Positions 1-9,069 of a stretch of DNA of 51,506 bases are shown in pieces. Position numbers and translations under genes: made by a program. Origin of the DNA: a virus; the IMG/VR virus record IMGVR_UViG_3300045988_081631; one strand, written 5' to 3'. Within the stretch, counting starts at the first letter, position 1. The number at the start of each line of letters is the position of its first letter. The notes under the pieces were generated by a model. That model saw only the letters and a list, made by a program, of their open reading frames with translations. It was not told the DNA's origin and did not search any database.

Positions 1-101
1 AAACACTTGTGATAAGCGTTTTTGATGATTTCGACGGCCTCAACCGTCTTGTGGTTTTCAAACTCTGGGTGTGCTTTGCAATACGTCTCATATGATTTCA
101 C
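1..101. repeat. terminal direct repeat copy 1 (identical to 51406..51506); circular-closure or DTR signature
   Basis: Read base by base: aaacacttgtgataagcg...catatgatttcac occurs at both window ends. Confidence 0.95.
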
Positions 102-413
102 GTCGTCAAAGATTTGCTCAAAGTGTTCTTTACTGTGTTTGACGTTATTATAACACTCGTCGGAAAACCGTTGGATTCTGGCGCGTGAGATTTTGGCAAA
201 TTCGAGGTCGTTTTTTGCCTCAATTCGTCCCATGCGCTCTTCCAACGAGCCGACAAGTGCCTTGCGCAAGCCTTTAAAAACCCACGAGAGCGGCTGAACC
301 TTGATCGGAGAAATCTCGATCAGGTTGAGCGTGATATACACCAGCACGAGGGTCAGTGTGCTGTGCGTCGTGACAGCCGCTTGCAAGCCGTCCAGCAGCT
401 TTTGTATGGTCAT
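1..413 (-). CDS. membrane protein of the lysis region. The 5' part is here; the ORF runs off the left edge and finishes at 51384 through the terminal repeat (about 144 aa in total)
   Basis: ATG at 413, 4 nt after the stop of the upstream gene. Hand translation MTIQKLLDGLQAAVTTHSTLTLVLVYITLNLIEISPIKV... contains one hydrophobic helix. The frame continues in phase into 51405..51384 (..AYHKCLQERKFL stop). Confidence 0.6.
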   Translation of the reverse strand, partial: MTIQKLLDGLQAAVTTHSTLTLVLVYITLNLIEISPIKVQPLSWVFKGLRKALVGSLEERMGRIEAKNDLEFAKISRARIQRFSDECYNNVKHSKEHFEQIFDDVKSYETYCKAHPEFENHKTVEAVEIIKNAYHKC

Positions 414-416
414 CGG

Positions 417-737
417 TTAATCCTCGTAAATAATCGTCATTCCGTAAGCCTTGGCGGCTGCGTGTTCGAGCCTGCATCCACGGGCATTTTCCCAACCCTT
501 GCAGAAATAAGCAGCATGACACAAAGACATGTTTTCAAGCGACTTTGCGAGAAAACACAAGGGAATGTTTTCAACGCCGCGTTCCTTCATGGCTTCTTGC
601 GAATACCATTCGTCGGTGAACAGGGTGTTGATGATTTCATAGCCGCGCTCTTTGAGTACGGCAATAGCGCGTTCACGGGTGGCGATAATTTCTTCTTCGG
701 TTTTGCCTGCCATAGGCTGAGATAACATAGCTTTCAT
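417..737 (-). CDS. DUF4406-like / nucleoside 2-deoxyribosyltransferase-like protein
   Basis: ORF 417..779. MKAMLSQPMAGKTEEEI...CFLAKSLENMSLCHAAYFCKGWENARGCRLEH resembles the DUF4406 pattern (recollection). The start is taken at ATG 737; the RBS is weak. Confidence 0.55.
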   Translation of the reverse strand: MKAMLSQPMAGKTEEEIIATRERAIAVLKERGYEIINTLFTDEWYSQEAMKERGVENIPLCFLAKSLENMSLCHAAYFCKGWENARGCRLEHAAAKAYGMTIIYED

Positions 738-757
738 TATAGTATAGCTCGCTCCTT

Positions 758-1528
758 TCAATCTTCCGCGATTTCCCAATTTCCCGCCAGCGTGATATAT
801 ACGCCGTCGTTCCTGCGCAGAGTCGTCGTGTTCGGTGCTTCGTCGCTCGTCTCTCCCTGATCGCCGCTTTCCGGCGCATCCTCGACCAGATACTCGCTGG
901 ACATGTACCCGGCCTCGCCACTTTCCAACTCACCGAAGACCCAGCCCGTGCCGCCCGCCTCGCGGATCACGTTCACCCGCGTCCCGTTCTCGGCTTTTGC
1001 GATGATCTTCGCCGCCGTGCTTGCGCCCTCACGGATGTTGAGATATCCGCTGGTCACACTCACCGTTGCGTTGCCAAACATGGTCTCACCTCCTTCCGCG
1101 TTATCTGAATAACTGACCGCCTTTAGTGGGGCGGCGAACGCCCAATTTTGCGATGCGGGCGACGCGACAAAGCCCGTCTTGGTGCTCTGCGCGTTGAGCA
1201 CGCGCCCATCCTGTCCCATCAGGCCAATGTGATAGCAGTCGCCGGGCTGCTGGTCAAACCAGCGGTTGCCGCTGTCGTCCTCTCGCCACTCACGCAGCTT
1301 GAAAACCGCATAGCCCGGCTTTGCCTCCGATACGGGCACATACTCGCCAACGCGCAGGTGGGCAATGGAGTTGCTGCCGTGCTCGATGCTTGCGCCGAAC
1401 TGCTTGTACGCCCAGACAAATGCGCCTGAACAGTCTACACAGCCCTCGCGTGCCGCGCCCGGCGCATACGCCCAGTGCTCGTCCAGCATGCGCTGAAAAA
1501 GGTTGATCAGTGCGCTCGCCTTAATCAT
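758..1528 (-). CDS. endolysin: NlpC/P60 cysteine peptidase with a C-terminal SH3-like wall-binding domain
   Basis: GCVDCSGAFVWAY catalytic-Cys context and a histidine motif (CYHIGL). C-terminal YLNIREGASTAAKIIAKAENGTRVNV is SH3-like. ATG 1528 overlaps the stop of the small upstream ORF (ATGATTAA). Confidence 0.85.
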   Translation of the reverse strand: MIKASALINLFQRMLDEHWAYAPGAAREGCVDCSGAFVWAYKQFGASIEHGSNSIAHLRVGEYVPVSEAKPGYAVFKLREWREDDSGNRWFDQQPGDCYHIGLMGQDGRVLNAQSTKTGFVASPASQNWAFAAPLKAVSYSDNAEGGETMFGNATVSVTSGYLNIREGASTAAKIIAKAENGTRVNVIREAGGTGWVFGELESGEAGYMSSEYLVEDAPESGDQGETSDEAPNTTTLRRNDGVYITLAGNWEIAED

Positions 1529-1619
1529 CCCACGCACCTCCCGCGCGGATGAAGCGGCCAACCAGACAGCCGGCCGCGAAGATGATCGCGCCGCCGACGA
1601 TGATGCCGAGAATAATCAT
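1521..1619 (-). CDS. 32-aa single-pass membrane peptide (possible holin, spanin or lysis accessory)
   Basis: Hand translation MIILGIIVGGAIIFAAGCLVGRFIRAGGAWDD. GGAGG RBS (aggaggcaaaaccATG). Translationally coupled to the endolysin. Confidence 0.55.
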   Translation of the reverse strand: MIILGIIVGGAIIFAAGCLVGRFIRAGGAWDD

Positions 1620-1631
1620 GGTTTTGCCTCC

Positions 1632-1865
1632 TTAGACGATTGAAAGGCCGTCGTCAGCCTCTTCCTTTGCGTTTTCCGCGTCCAGCGCATCATAATACGC
1701 CTGCGCCAGCACCTCAATCTCCTCAATGTCTGCCCCACTCAGCAGGCCATTATCAAGATGGGTGTATGCCTTGTCCAGCCAATAGGCCACATCTCGCCCG
1801 GCGGCAATCTCGCGCTTGATGGAGCGCAGGGTCAGGTCGTGCCGGGCTTTGCTTTTGATTGCCAT
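1632..1865 (-). CDS. hypothetical phage protein (77 aa)
   Basis: ORF track; sits between the fibre and lysis genes, co-oriented, with a GGAGGAAAA RBS. Confidence 0.6.
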   Translation of the reverse strand: MAIKSKARHDLTLRSIKREIAAGRDVAYWLDKAYTHLDNGLLSGADIEEIEVLAQAYYDALDAENAKEEADDGLSIV

Positions 1866-1879
1866 ATGCTTTTCCTCCT

Positions 1880-3691
1880 TTAGGTTGTAGTCATAGACGC
1901 AATCGCGTCCTCAAGATTTTTGATCACGATGTTAACGTCCCGCTGGTAGTCCAACTTGATGCCAGCACCGTCACCAGCCTGCACCACCGTGTCAGGGCCG
2001 TAAGCGGTGAGGGCTTTGTAGGCGGCAATTTCGGCAGGAGTGAGTGGAGTTTCAACGGGGGTGGCAAGAATCACGCTTTGCTCAGCCAGCGTCTTGGTGG
2101 CATCGAAAGCACCTTTATCAACCCTCTGCACCTTCACCCCTCTCTCCAAGTCTATCTCGTCGCACACCCACTGCTGACCTGTGCTGTCAGTGTAGTTGCC
2201 GCCGGACGTGACAGGGATACCGGGCAGGCCGTTGGGCGTGGGCAGGGTGAAGAGCTGTTCACGGTAGGGGGAGTAGGCGGTGGCGGTTGTGCCAAGCTCA
2301 AGCTGGACTTTTACGCCAGTGAGATTGTATGTTTGTCCTTCAGTGACAATAAAAACTATTCTGGTTGCCATATCAGACATTTTATCGGCGGTATCTAAAG
2401 CAAGAATAACGTTCCATGTTGCTGATACAAGTTTTGCTTTTGGAGACGTGATGCTAGATGATAAAATCACCACACCGGATGCAATAAATGGTGGGATGTC
2501 TAACTTGGTGTAGCCAGAACTAGTTGCCGTTCCTGAAATCGATATTAACCCATCTTTTGCAGTAACCGTTACACCTCTAGCGGTCCCTGACCCGTCAGGA
2601 ATATTCAGCAGATTCCTCCCTGTCGCCTTCACCGCCACGTTCCCACTGTCCCCCGCACTCACAATCGGCGCCGGGTTATCCGGGCTGGGTGTGCCATCCT
2701 GCGTACTCCTGCCGTACACGGTCAGCCCGCACAGCGGCGCGGAAAAAGCGTCAGAGGCAGATACAGGATTGCCCGTTTCGGTGCCGATCAGGATATTCTG
2801 GCGCGCTTTGTCGGCCTTCTCAGCAACAGCCTTCTCGATTTCCGCCAGCCGCTTTCCCGTTGCGGCCGCGTCCGCCGCCTCCCCCTCCTGGGTCAGCGTC
2901 GCGTCGATGACAGCATCCTTGCCCGGTTCGCCTTTTGCGCCTTGCGGCCCTTGCGGCCCTTGCGGCCCTACCGCGCCTTCCGTTCCTTGCGGTCCGGTTG
3001 CACCCGTGTCACCCTTGGGGCCTCGCAGGCTTTCAAGCTGTTCGAGCGTAAAATCGCCAAAGGTAAACGCGTCTCCTTTTGCGCCCGTTTCGCCCTGCGG
3101 GCCGGTGTCTCCCTTCTCGCCCTTGTCGCCCTTGTCCCCTTTTTCGCCCTTGGGTCCCTGCGGGCCAATCGGGCCTGTTTCACCCCTGTCTCCCTGCGGG
3201 CCTTTCGGCCCTACAAAGTCGCCATTATCCAACCGCCGCTGTACTTCGTCCGCGACTGCCTGCGCGGCGTTTCCCGCCTGCTCAACGTCGGCCAGCGTGT
3301 CAGTCGCTTTGTCAATCCAATTTTTAACCGGATCTGGCGCTGGAGCAGTTGCGTCGCCAAGAGACTCGCTGACGCGCGTACAGGCAATCGCAGTCTTGAT
3401 GACCGTGCCATCCGCGTCTCGGATTGTGATTTGGGCTTGCCCGCTTCCGGCTTTATCGCCGATATCCGCGCTCGTGATCTCCCACGTCAGGATACCGTCC
3501 TCTTGTTTCACCACCGCCGGATACTCCGCCCGGCCAGGCTGCTTGACCGTGATCGACGCAATAGCATCCGGATACTGGCTCAATATGCTTTTTAGGTCGA
3601 CCAGTACCCGCGTCGCGCGATTTTCGCCGACACGGCCAAGCAGCAGCGCTTGATCGCCAAAACGGTCAAACGCCAGAATGATATCACGCAT
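1880..3691 (-). CDS. tail fibre / receptor-binding protein with a BppU-N-like N-terminus and two collagen-like Gly-X-Y tracts
   Basis: [47 protein letters not shown] and [36 protein letters not shown]. Start moved to ATG 3691 (RBS GAGGGAGAG), because the upstream gene ends at 3735. Confidence 0.85.
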   Translation of the reverse strand: MRDIILAFDRFGDQALLLGRVGENRATRVLVDLKSILSQYPDAIASITVKQPGRAEYPAVVKQEDGILTWEITSADIGDKAGSGQAQITIRDADGTVIKTAIACTRVSESLGDATAPAPDPVKNWIDKATDTLADVEQAGNAAQAVADEVQRRLDNGDFVGPKGPQGDRGETGPIGPQGPKGEKGDKGDKGEKGDTGPQGETGAKGDAFTFGDFTLEQLESLRGPKGDTGATGPQGTEGAVGPQGPQGPQGAKGEPGKDAVIDATLTQEGEAADAAATGKRLAEIEKAVAEKADKARQNILIGTETGNPVSASDAFSAPLCGLTVYGRSTQDGTPSPDNPAPIVSAGDSGNVAVKATGRNLLNIPDGSGTARGVTVTAKDGLISISGTATSSGYTKLDIPPFIASGVVILSSSITSPKAKLVSATWNVILALDTADKMSDMATRIVFIVTEGQTYNLTGVKVQLELGTTATAYSPYREQLFTLPTPNGLPGIPVTSGGNYTDSTGQQWVCDEIDLERGVKVQRVDKGAFDATKTLAEQSVILATPVETPLTPAEIAAYKALTAYGPDTVVQAGDGAGIKLDYQRDVNIVIKNLEDAIASMTTT

Positions 3692-3734
3692 CACGATCTC
3701 TCCCTCGTTTAACTCAAGTTCAAAGTAGCCCTCT

Positions 3735-3977
3735 TTAATCCGGGATGCACCTGTTCTCAAACTTCTTATAAGCGTCAAGATACCATTCCTTCTTGTCGCC
3801 GTTATAGGTCATCTCGTAATACATGCCGTCAAACAATGTGGATGACAGCAGATACTTCCAGTTCTGGAGCGCCTTGCACTTCCAGACCACAAACACATCA
3901 AACTCTGGCATCTTGTCGGACTTGTCCAAATGGTCAACAATATAGCTTCTTACAATCTCAATAACCTTGTTATCCAT
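3735..3977 (-). CDS. hypothetical protein (80 aa)
   Basis: ORF track; compact and co-oriented, with lower GC than its neighbours. Confidence 0.55.
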   Translation of the reverse strand: MDNKVIEIVRSYIVDHLDKSDKMPEFDVFVVWKCKALQNWKYLLSSTLFDGMYYEMTYNGDKKEWYLDAYKKFENRCIPD

Positions 3978-4037
3978 ATCTTGCTCCTTTTGCTTTCATG
4001 AAAGTTTGCCCCGCTCACACGGGCGGGGCGTTGTCGG

Positions 4038-4169
4038 TTATTCTTCCGCCAGCTCCGGCAGACCCGCGTCCACCAGCAACTCTTTGACCTTCGCCTTGAG
4101 CTTGGCCGGGACATCCTTAAACTCGGTCTTGCCAAGGATTACGCGCTGCGCAAAAAACATCGCCATCAT
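4038..4169 (-). CDS. small CD1375-like / XkdX-like tail-fibre-associated protein
   Basis: MMAMFFAQRVILGKTEFKDVPAKLKAKVKELLVDAGLPELAEE matches the pattern (..G..t..dVP..lr..V...L) of a small family that follows fibre genes in clostridial phages (recollection). Strong RBS GGGGGTGAAACG. Confidence 0.6.
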   Translation of the reverse strand: MMAMFFAQRVILGKTEFKDVPAKLKAKVKELLVDAGLPELAEE

Positions 4170-4218
4170 CGTTTCACCCCCTTTCCCCATGATTTTCAGC
4201 ATCGTCCAGATGACCAGA

Positions 4219-4605
4219 TCACGCATACACAATTCCTGCCATCTCGGCCATGCAGTCTTCTACAAAATCGTTTCGGTCGCTGAGCGCCTGAATCTGCGCT
4301 TTGAGGAGCGTGCGCTCCTTCTCTTCAGCTGTCGGTTCGGGCGCAGGCCGCGCGTCAAAGTCCGCATCCATCTCGGCCTGTGTCCGCTGCGCAACCAGCC
4401 CGTCCACGAGCTTGTAGCGGTACACGCCGCGCTCATCCGTGAGCGGCTTGAGCAGATAGTTGTTCTGCGCGTGCCGGTATCGGTCGCCCTCGCCCTCATC
4501 GATAGCCGTCCAGCCGCCGCCGCTCACAAACGCGTCGCTGTTGATCGCCGTCACGCGCCCAGCATCGTCGGTCTGCACCAGTACCTTGCAGCTCTCCGTG
4601 TCCAT
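4219..4605 (-). CDS. hypothetical fibre-associated protein (128 aa)
   Basis: ORF track; directly follows the first fibre gene. Confidence 0.55.
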   Translation of the reverse strand: MDTESCKVLVQTDDAGRVTAINSDAFVSGGGWTAIDEGEGDRYRHAQNNYLLKPLTDERGVYRYKLVDGLVAQRTQAEMDADFDARPAPEPTAEEKERTLLKAQIQALSDRNDFVEDCMAEMAGIVYA

Positions 4606-4617
4606 GTCACCCCTCCT

Positions 4618-6432
4618 TTACAGGTCGGCAGAAATGTCAATGTCGCCCTGCGGCGTAATCACGCCCGTGCATACGCCCGTCACGGAAACCGCGCACTTGA
4701 CAACGACGCGGTTTGCGTTTGCGTTATGCGCCGTAGCCGTCTCCGTCGTCGTTCCCTGCGCGCTGCCCAGCGTGTAGTAAAACTTCCCGCCGCCCGTTAC
4801 AGTTGGCGAAATCCGCATCGCCTGCAAGGGGATAAAAGCGTAAGCCACGCCGTTCGCGGCGTACCCGGCAAACGTTTCATCATTGGCCTTGATCTTGCGA
4901 TAGTATCTCAGGCACTCGGCCAGTTCCGCCGCGTATCCCTTCGGCACATACGGAGGCAGTGTCTCCGCCGTGTATTCGCCCTCGTAGAGCGCCGCCCAGC
5001 GGACGACCGCCGCTGTGCCGGTGCTACCTGTGTCCGGAGAAATGTACACGTTCACCACTTCGTCCCCGGTCAGGCCATCCGGTTTTATCAGTTTAGCTAC
5101 CAGCGTGCGCTCCGCCACGTCGCCCGTGAAATAGGCGGGTTCGCCAAAGTTCGTCGTGCCGTCGTTGATGTAGCCATACAGTCGGCACGCCACCGGGAAA
5201 ACGCCGCGCACCGCAAACGTCATCACGTCGGCAAACCGTTTCGCCTCGATCCGCTGCTGAATGCCCGCCGTCCAGCTCGTTTTGTCCGACACGATTTTCA
5301 GCCCGTCCGCCGCCTGTGAAACCGTCGCGCCGCTCGTCCGCATCCAGCGATCCACGGCATACCCGGTCGTGCCGTGCGCCCCGTTCACACCCGCCTGCGC
5401 AATCGGGTGAACGAAATCGCTGTTGTCCAGCAGGTTGTACATATGCACATCCTTATCCAATGCGCCCACATCCGCAGCCGTCAGCGTCACTTTGCCCGCA
5501 CCGTCCGGCGCTATCCCGTTGATTGTCAACCCGCCGAGACTTCCCGTGTCGCCGCGCGGGATAGTCAGCGTAATAACCGGGTTCTCCGCCGTGCCGCTTT
5601 GGGCGACGCTTGCTTGTGTGCCTGCCTCGCCAGTAACAACTTTGACCGTAATTTCCGGGGTTGCGCCCGTCGCGCCCGTGTTTCCCTTGTCTCCCTTTGG
5701 GATAGCAAAAGACAGATTATAATGGCCGTCCACAAGTGACAAGTCTGCCGTCGGCGCGGCACCCGCTTCGAGGCCGGATACCTGCACGGTCATGTTGTCG
5801 ATTTTTCCAGCAGCGGCATTTGCTGCTTTGGTTGCCGTGTTGGCGTTGGTTGTCGCCGTCTGCGTGGCCTTTGTCGCGCCGTTTGCGTTCGTGGCCGCCG
5901 TGCTCGCGGCCTTTGTTGCCGCGTTCGCATCGGTCGTCGCTGCTTGCGCGGCCTTGGTCGCGCTGTTTGCATTGGTTGCGGCCGTGTTCGCAGCCTTTGC
6001 CGCCGCTTCGGTCGCTGCGATTTGGGCAAGCAGCTCGTCGAGAGACGGAATCGTCTGACTTGGGTCAATGATTGCGTCGGTCTGACTGCGCGTGACGTAT
6101 CCGTTTCCCCAGAAAACCGCCTTTCGTTCGCTTCCGACAGTGACCTTGATGATAAGGTTAAACTGTCCGGCGACTGTATAGCAGCTTTCTGATAGCGTCA
6201 CTTTCGCAACACTTCCGCTCGCAGTTCCTTCGACGGGAACAGTGTAACCGTCGGCGCGAATGAAATAGCCGATAACGCCCGCTCCGTCGATTTCCAGCGG
6301 CTCTTTGTTGCGATAAAGCGAAAGCTCGAAAGTATACGCATTTTTGTCACCGGACGCGAAAAGCGTCCGAATCGGAGTCATGAGGATATCAGCATCTACG
6401 TCAACCCTGCGCGTAAATTCACCCGAAATCAT
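4618..6432 (-). CDS. tail fibre / baseplate upper protein-like, with an Ala/Thr/Asn repeat stalk
   Basis: The N-terminus has a BppU-N-like beta pattern. The stalk is TNANxATKAA repeats, followed by GDKGNTGATG and GDTG motifs. Start at ATG 6432 (AAGGAG plus 8 nt). Confidence 0.75.
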   Translation of the reverse strand: MISGEFTRRVDVDADILMTPIRTLFASGDKNAYTFELSLYRNKEPLEIDGAGVIGYFIRADGYTVPVEGTASGSVAKVTLSESCYTVAGQFNLIIKVTVGSERKAVFWGNGYVTRSQTDAIIDPSQTIPSLDELLAQIAATEAAAKAANTAATNANSATKAAQAATTDANAATKAASTAATNANGATKATQTATTNANTATKAANAAAGKIDNMTVQVSGLEAGAAPTADLSLVDGHYNLSFAIPKGDKGNTGATGATPEITVKVVTGEAGTQASVAQSGTAENPVITLTIPRGDTGSLGGLTINGIAPDGAGKVTLTAADVGALDKDVHMYNLLDNSDFVHPIAQAGVNGAHGTTGYAVDRWMRTSGATVSQAADGLKIVSDKTSWTAGIQQRIEAKRFADVMTFAVRGVFPVACRLYGYINDGTTNFGEPAYFTGDVAERTLVAKLIKPDGLTGDEVVNVYISPDTGSTGTAAVVRWAALYEGEYTAETLPPYVPKGYAAELAECLRYYRKIKANDETFAGYAANGVAYAFIPLQAMRISPTVTGGGKFYYTLGSAQGTTTETATAHNANANRVVVKCAVSVTGVCTGVITPQGDIDISADL

Positions 6433-6437
6433 AGGAA

Positions 6438-6686
6438 TCACTCCTTTTTCATTCGGATTGTCAAAGTTCCATCATCCATAATATGCGTAAGTTTTGAATA
6501 TCCTTCATAAATAATTCTGCCTTCGTCAGAACCTTCGACGATAATCTTGTCGCTCTCTTCAAAAGATTTCGCAACTTCCGAAATTTTTTCTTTGCTTTCC
6601 ATGTTAATCCAAAGCTCTCCGCTGCTGATTGCAGACGACACCCATAGAACCGGCCACACTTTCCCATCATTGGTCTGGATTTTCAC
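6438..6686 (-). CDS. hypothetical protein (82 aa)
   Basis: GTG start preceded by GAGGAGGAAGAAC. Confidence 0.5.
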   Translation of the reverse strand: MKIQTNDGKVWPVLWVSSAISSGELWINMESKEKISEVAKSFEESDKIIVEGSDEGRIIYEGYSKLTHIMDDGTLTIRMKKE

Positions 6687-6849
6687 GTTCTTCCTCCTCT
6701 TTGATCTCTCTCTTCTCGGTTTTTACCATGCCTTTAAGCGCTCTCACGGATTTAAATAGCCATTGCATGCGGTTTATGTCTTCTTCGCTGCTCACATGGA
6801 TTCGGTTGAGCGTATCAAGCATTTCGTCAAAAAGTTCTGTCAACATCAT
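6667..6849 (-). CDS. hypothetical protein (60 aa)
   Basis: TAATG overlap with the upstream tail gene. Confidence 0.45.
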   Translation of the reverse strand: MMLTELFDEMLDTLNRIHVSSEEDINRMQWLFKSVRALKGMVKTEKREIKEEEERENPDQ

Positions 6850-9056
6850 TAATACCCCAAAAAGTTGATTGTTTCAAAGTCGCCCCAAACTCCACTGATT
6901 TCTTTGATTGTTATGGTCACGTCCGAAGGGCTTTTACAGTACCGATTGGTTGTGCTGTAATGGACACCAGTGCATACATCAATCGATTTCCACGATCCGT
7001 CATGCTCGCCGATATGAACATATCCATTTGTGACGACCAATTTTTCCGTGTAAAGCGACGTTGCTTTTACGCCACCTGTTTTTAAACCGTTTACTTCTGT
7101 AATCAGCGCGTCAAGATCAATTTTGTTTGCTTTCAGCGTGATTTTGCTGTTTGCACCGTCGATTGCAATTTCAGCGGCAGAAATTCGGTTTCCCTGCTCG
7201 TCTGTTACTTCCGCAACCTGCGTGATTTTGCTGTTTGCACCGTCGATTGCAATTTCAGCGCTGCTTACTCTCTTGCCGATATCGTCAACAGTTGTTTTTT
7301 CGGCTTTGAGATCAACTTTGGCGTTCAAGCCGTCGATGCTGACTTCTGCCGAAGAAATTCGCGTTCCCAGACCGTCGACAACCGTTGCATCCGCCTTGAG
7401 GTTGATTGCGGCGTTTGCGCCGTCGATGGCGATCTCGGCACTTGTCACGCGATTTCCAAGTTCATCTGTGCGGGAGGTCAAAAGCTGAATCTGCGCACCG
7501 TCTTCGTCGATAATCAACTCAGCTTGTGAAAGTCTGGTGTCTATATTATCCGTCTTTTGTCTTAACCCGCCCAATCCGCGAGAAAGCACATAATCGTTCT
7601 GTCCGCTTGTATATTCTTGACGCTCAAACTTGCTGACCGTATCACGCTTTTGCTCGCCGGAATTGGAAAGTGTTACTTTCGGAGAACCCTTCCACTCCAT
7701 ATCCATACTGTAAACAGGAACAGAATATGTTTCTCCTTCGGACGTTACATTTACAACGTCTCCTGCTTCTGTTGTCCAATCTGCGAAAAGCTCTGATGTT
7801 GACGGGTTAAACGGCTCGAATCCTGACAATCTGTCGTAGATTTTGTCATATGGAGTCGATGCGGCGCGCGCCCGCACTCTTGATTTTGTCCGTGCTTCAT
7901 CATCAACCCGCAGAAACGGGTTGTTTTGGAGAAGATACGCGTTACCGCCTTTTCCTACTGTTCTTTCCTCGGTCGAGTTAGAATTTCTGACGTATAGCTT
8001 ATCGACCTTCTCAACCTGATACGAATAAGGAGTAAAGTCAGAATAGTCGGTCTCGCCAAACGTTCTACCCGTTTGGTTGAACCACCGCATTTCCAGTTTT
8101 CCTTCCCGGTTGAATTTTGCATAACAGCATCCTGCTTGCGCAATCCAAGCAAGAATTTCTTGCAGTGTTGCTTCCTTGAAATCCTCCGGTTCTTCAGATA
8201 CGGAAATGGAACTGTTGATGAAATCCGTCTTCACCCATTCAACACCGAGAATGTTGCACATCTGCGAAACAAGGCCAGATAGCGTAGCTGGATAGCTGAA
8301 AGTCACATCCTTTGCCATCTTGTCAGCAAACAGCTGCATGTAATCGTTGGCTTCAAGGTCAACGATTCGTCGGCGTACAATGGTCGGACGCTGCGCGATG
8401 AACTCGCCCAGCTTCACATACTCGTATTTTTCCGTCCTTCCGTTTGAATACCATTCTGTGACATATTGACCGGCCTTTGCGATTCCTCTATATGCTGCTG
8501 CAAAACCAGCAGCCTTCTCTTTCATGAAACCGTTGCTGATATACTGCTCCGGATTCGCAAGGAAAGCACGTGGAGTTGTCGTCACATTAAAGGCTGCAAC
8601 CTTTCCGTCGTCCCCAAATAGGAATGCCCGTCCGTCGTCTATCACAATCGATTTAACAGGAAAATCAGGTTGAATCGAACACTCACTGCTGTTTTCCAGC
8701 AAATACGGTTTTGTAGCACGTGCATATAGGGTTGTTTGCCCGTATGTCGCTTGCACAACATAGGATGGGGGAAATGTACCTTCTTCGATTAACGCGCCTA
8801 TGGAAGCCGTAAAACGTCCAAATGCATATTCGTTGAGTATTCCGTTTCGATTGATCAATGCGACATTCAGACTGTTTTCGGGACAAGCACCCATCCGCAA
8901 TTCATCAGATTCGTTAAAGCGGTCATGAAATGTAATTCCTCCGGAAGTAATGCTGATATCATCGTTCGTGAAAACTGCATCCTCAAATCGAAGCATGGCT
9001 CTTTGCGTCTTTCCGGCTTTCACGGCATCCTTAAACGCTTGGCTCGCAACAATCAA
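6849..9056 (-). CDS. tail tip / prophage endopeptidase-tail (Tal-like) protein with four 28-aa repeats
   Basis: 735 aa in the position after Dit. Carries the repeat ..R(V/I)SSAEIAIDGANxKI... TTG start 9 nt after AAGGAG. Confidence 0.75.
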   Translation of the reverse strand: MIVASQAFKDAVKAGKTQRAMLRFEDAVFTNDDISITSGGITFHDRFNESDELRMGACPENSLNVALINRNGILNEYAFGRFTASIGALIEEGTFPPSYVVQATYGQTTLYARATKPYLLENSSECSIQPDFPVKSIVIDDGRAFLFGDDGKVAAFNVTTTPRAFLANPEQYISNGFMKEKAAGFAAAYRGIAKAGQYVTEWYSNGRTEKYEYVKLGEFIAQRPTIVRRRIVDLEANDYMQLFADKMAKDVTFSYPATLSGLVSQMCNILGVEWVKTDFINSSISVSEEPEDFKEATLQEILAWIAQAGCCYAKFNREGKLEMRWFNQTGRTFGETDYSDFTPYSYQVEKVDKLYVRNSNSTEERTVGKGGNAYLLQNNPFLRVDDEARTKSRVRARAASTPYDKIYDRLSGFEPFNPSTSELFADWTTEAGDVVNVTSEGETYSVPVYSMDMEWKGSPKVTLSNSGEQKRDTVSKFERQEYTSGQNDYVLSRGLGGLRQKTDNIDTRLSQAELIIDEDGAQIQLLTSRTDELGNRVTSAEIAIDGANAAINLKADATVVDGLGTRISSAEVSIDGLNAKVDLKAEKTTVDDIGKRVSSAEIAIDGANSKITQVAEVTDEQGNRISAAEIAIDGANSKITLKANKIDLDALITEVNGLKTGGVKATSLYTEKLVVTNGYVHIGEHDGSWKSIDVCTGVHYSTTNRYCKSPSDVTITIKEISGVWGDFETINFLGY

Positions 9057-9069
9057 TTCACACCACTCC

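Noticed and set aside
274-725. ORFs 274..522 (-) and 363..725 (+)
   Set aside because: They overlap the better-supported minus-strand genes at 1..413 and 417..737 in other frames, and their translations are implausible.
2691-3653. 320-aa Pro/Ser/Cys-rich plus-strand ORF, plus other ORFs in 2689..3411
   Set aside because: This is the mirror image of the collagen-like Gly-X-Y coding repeats on the minus strand, not a separate gene.
1880-6432. A diversity-generating retroelement acting on the fibre genes
   Set aside because: No reverse transcriptase gene and no template/variable repeat pair was found anywhere in the window.
9001-9018. An extra near-copy of hairpin-array unit 1 (tttgcgtctttccggct) inside the tail-tip gene
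   Set aside because: It lies in a coding region (..AGKTQR..), and the one-base difference destroys the stem complementarity. It is an isolated occurrence, probably by chance, though the match length is notable.
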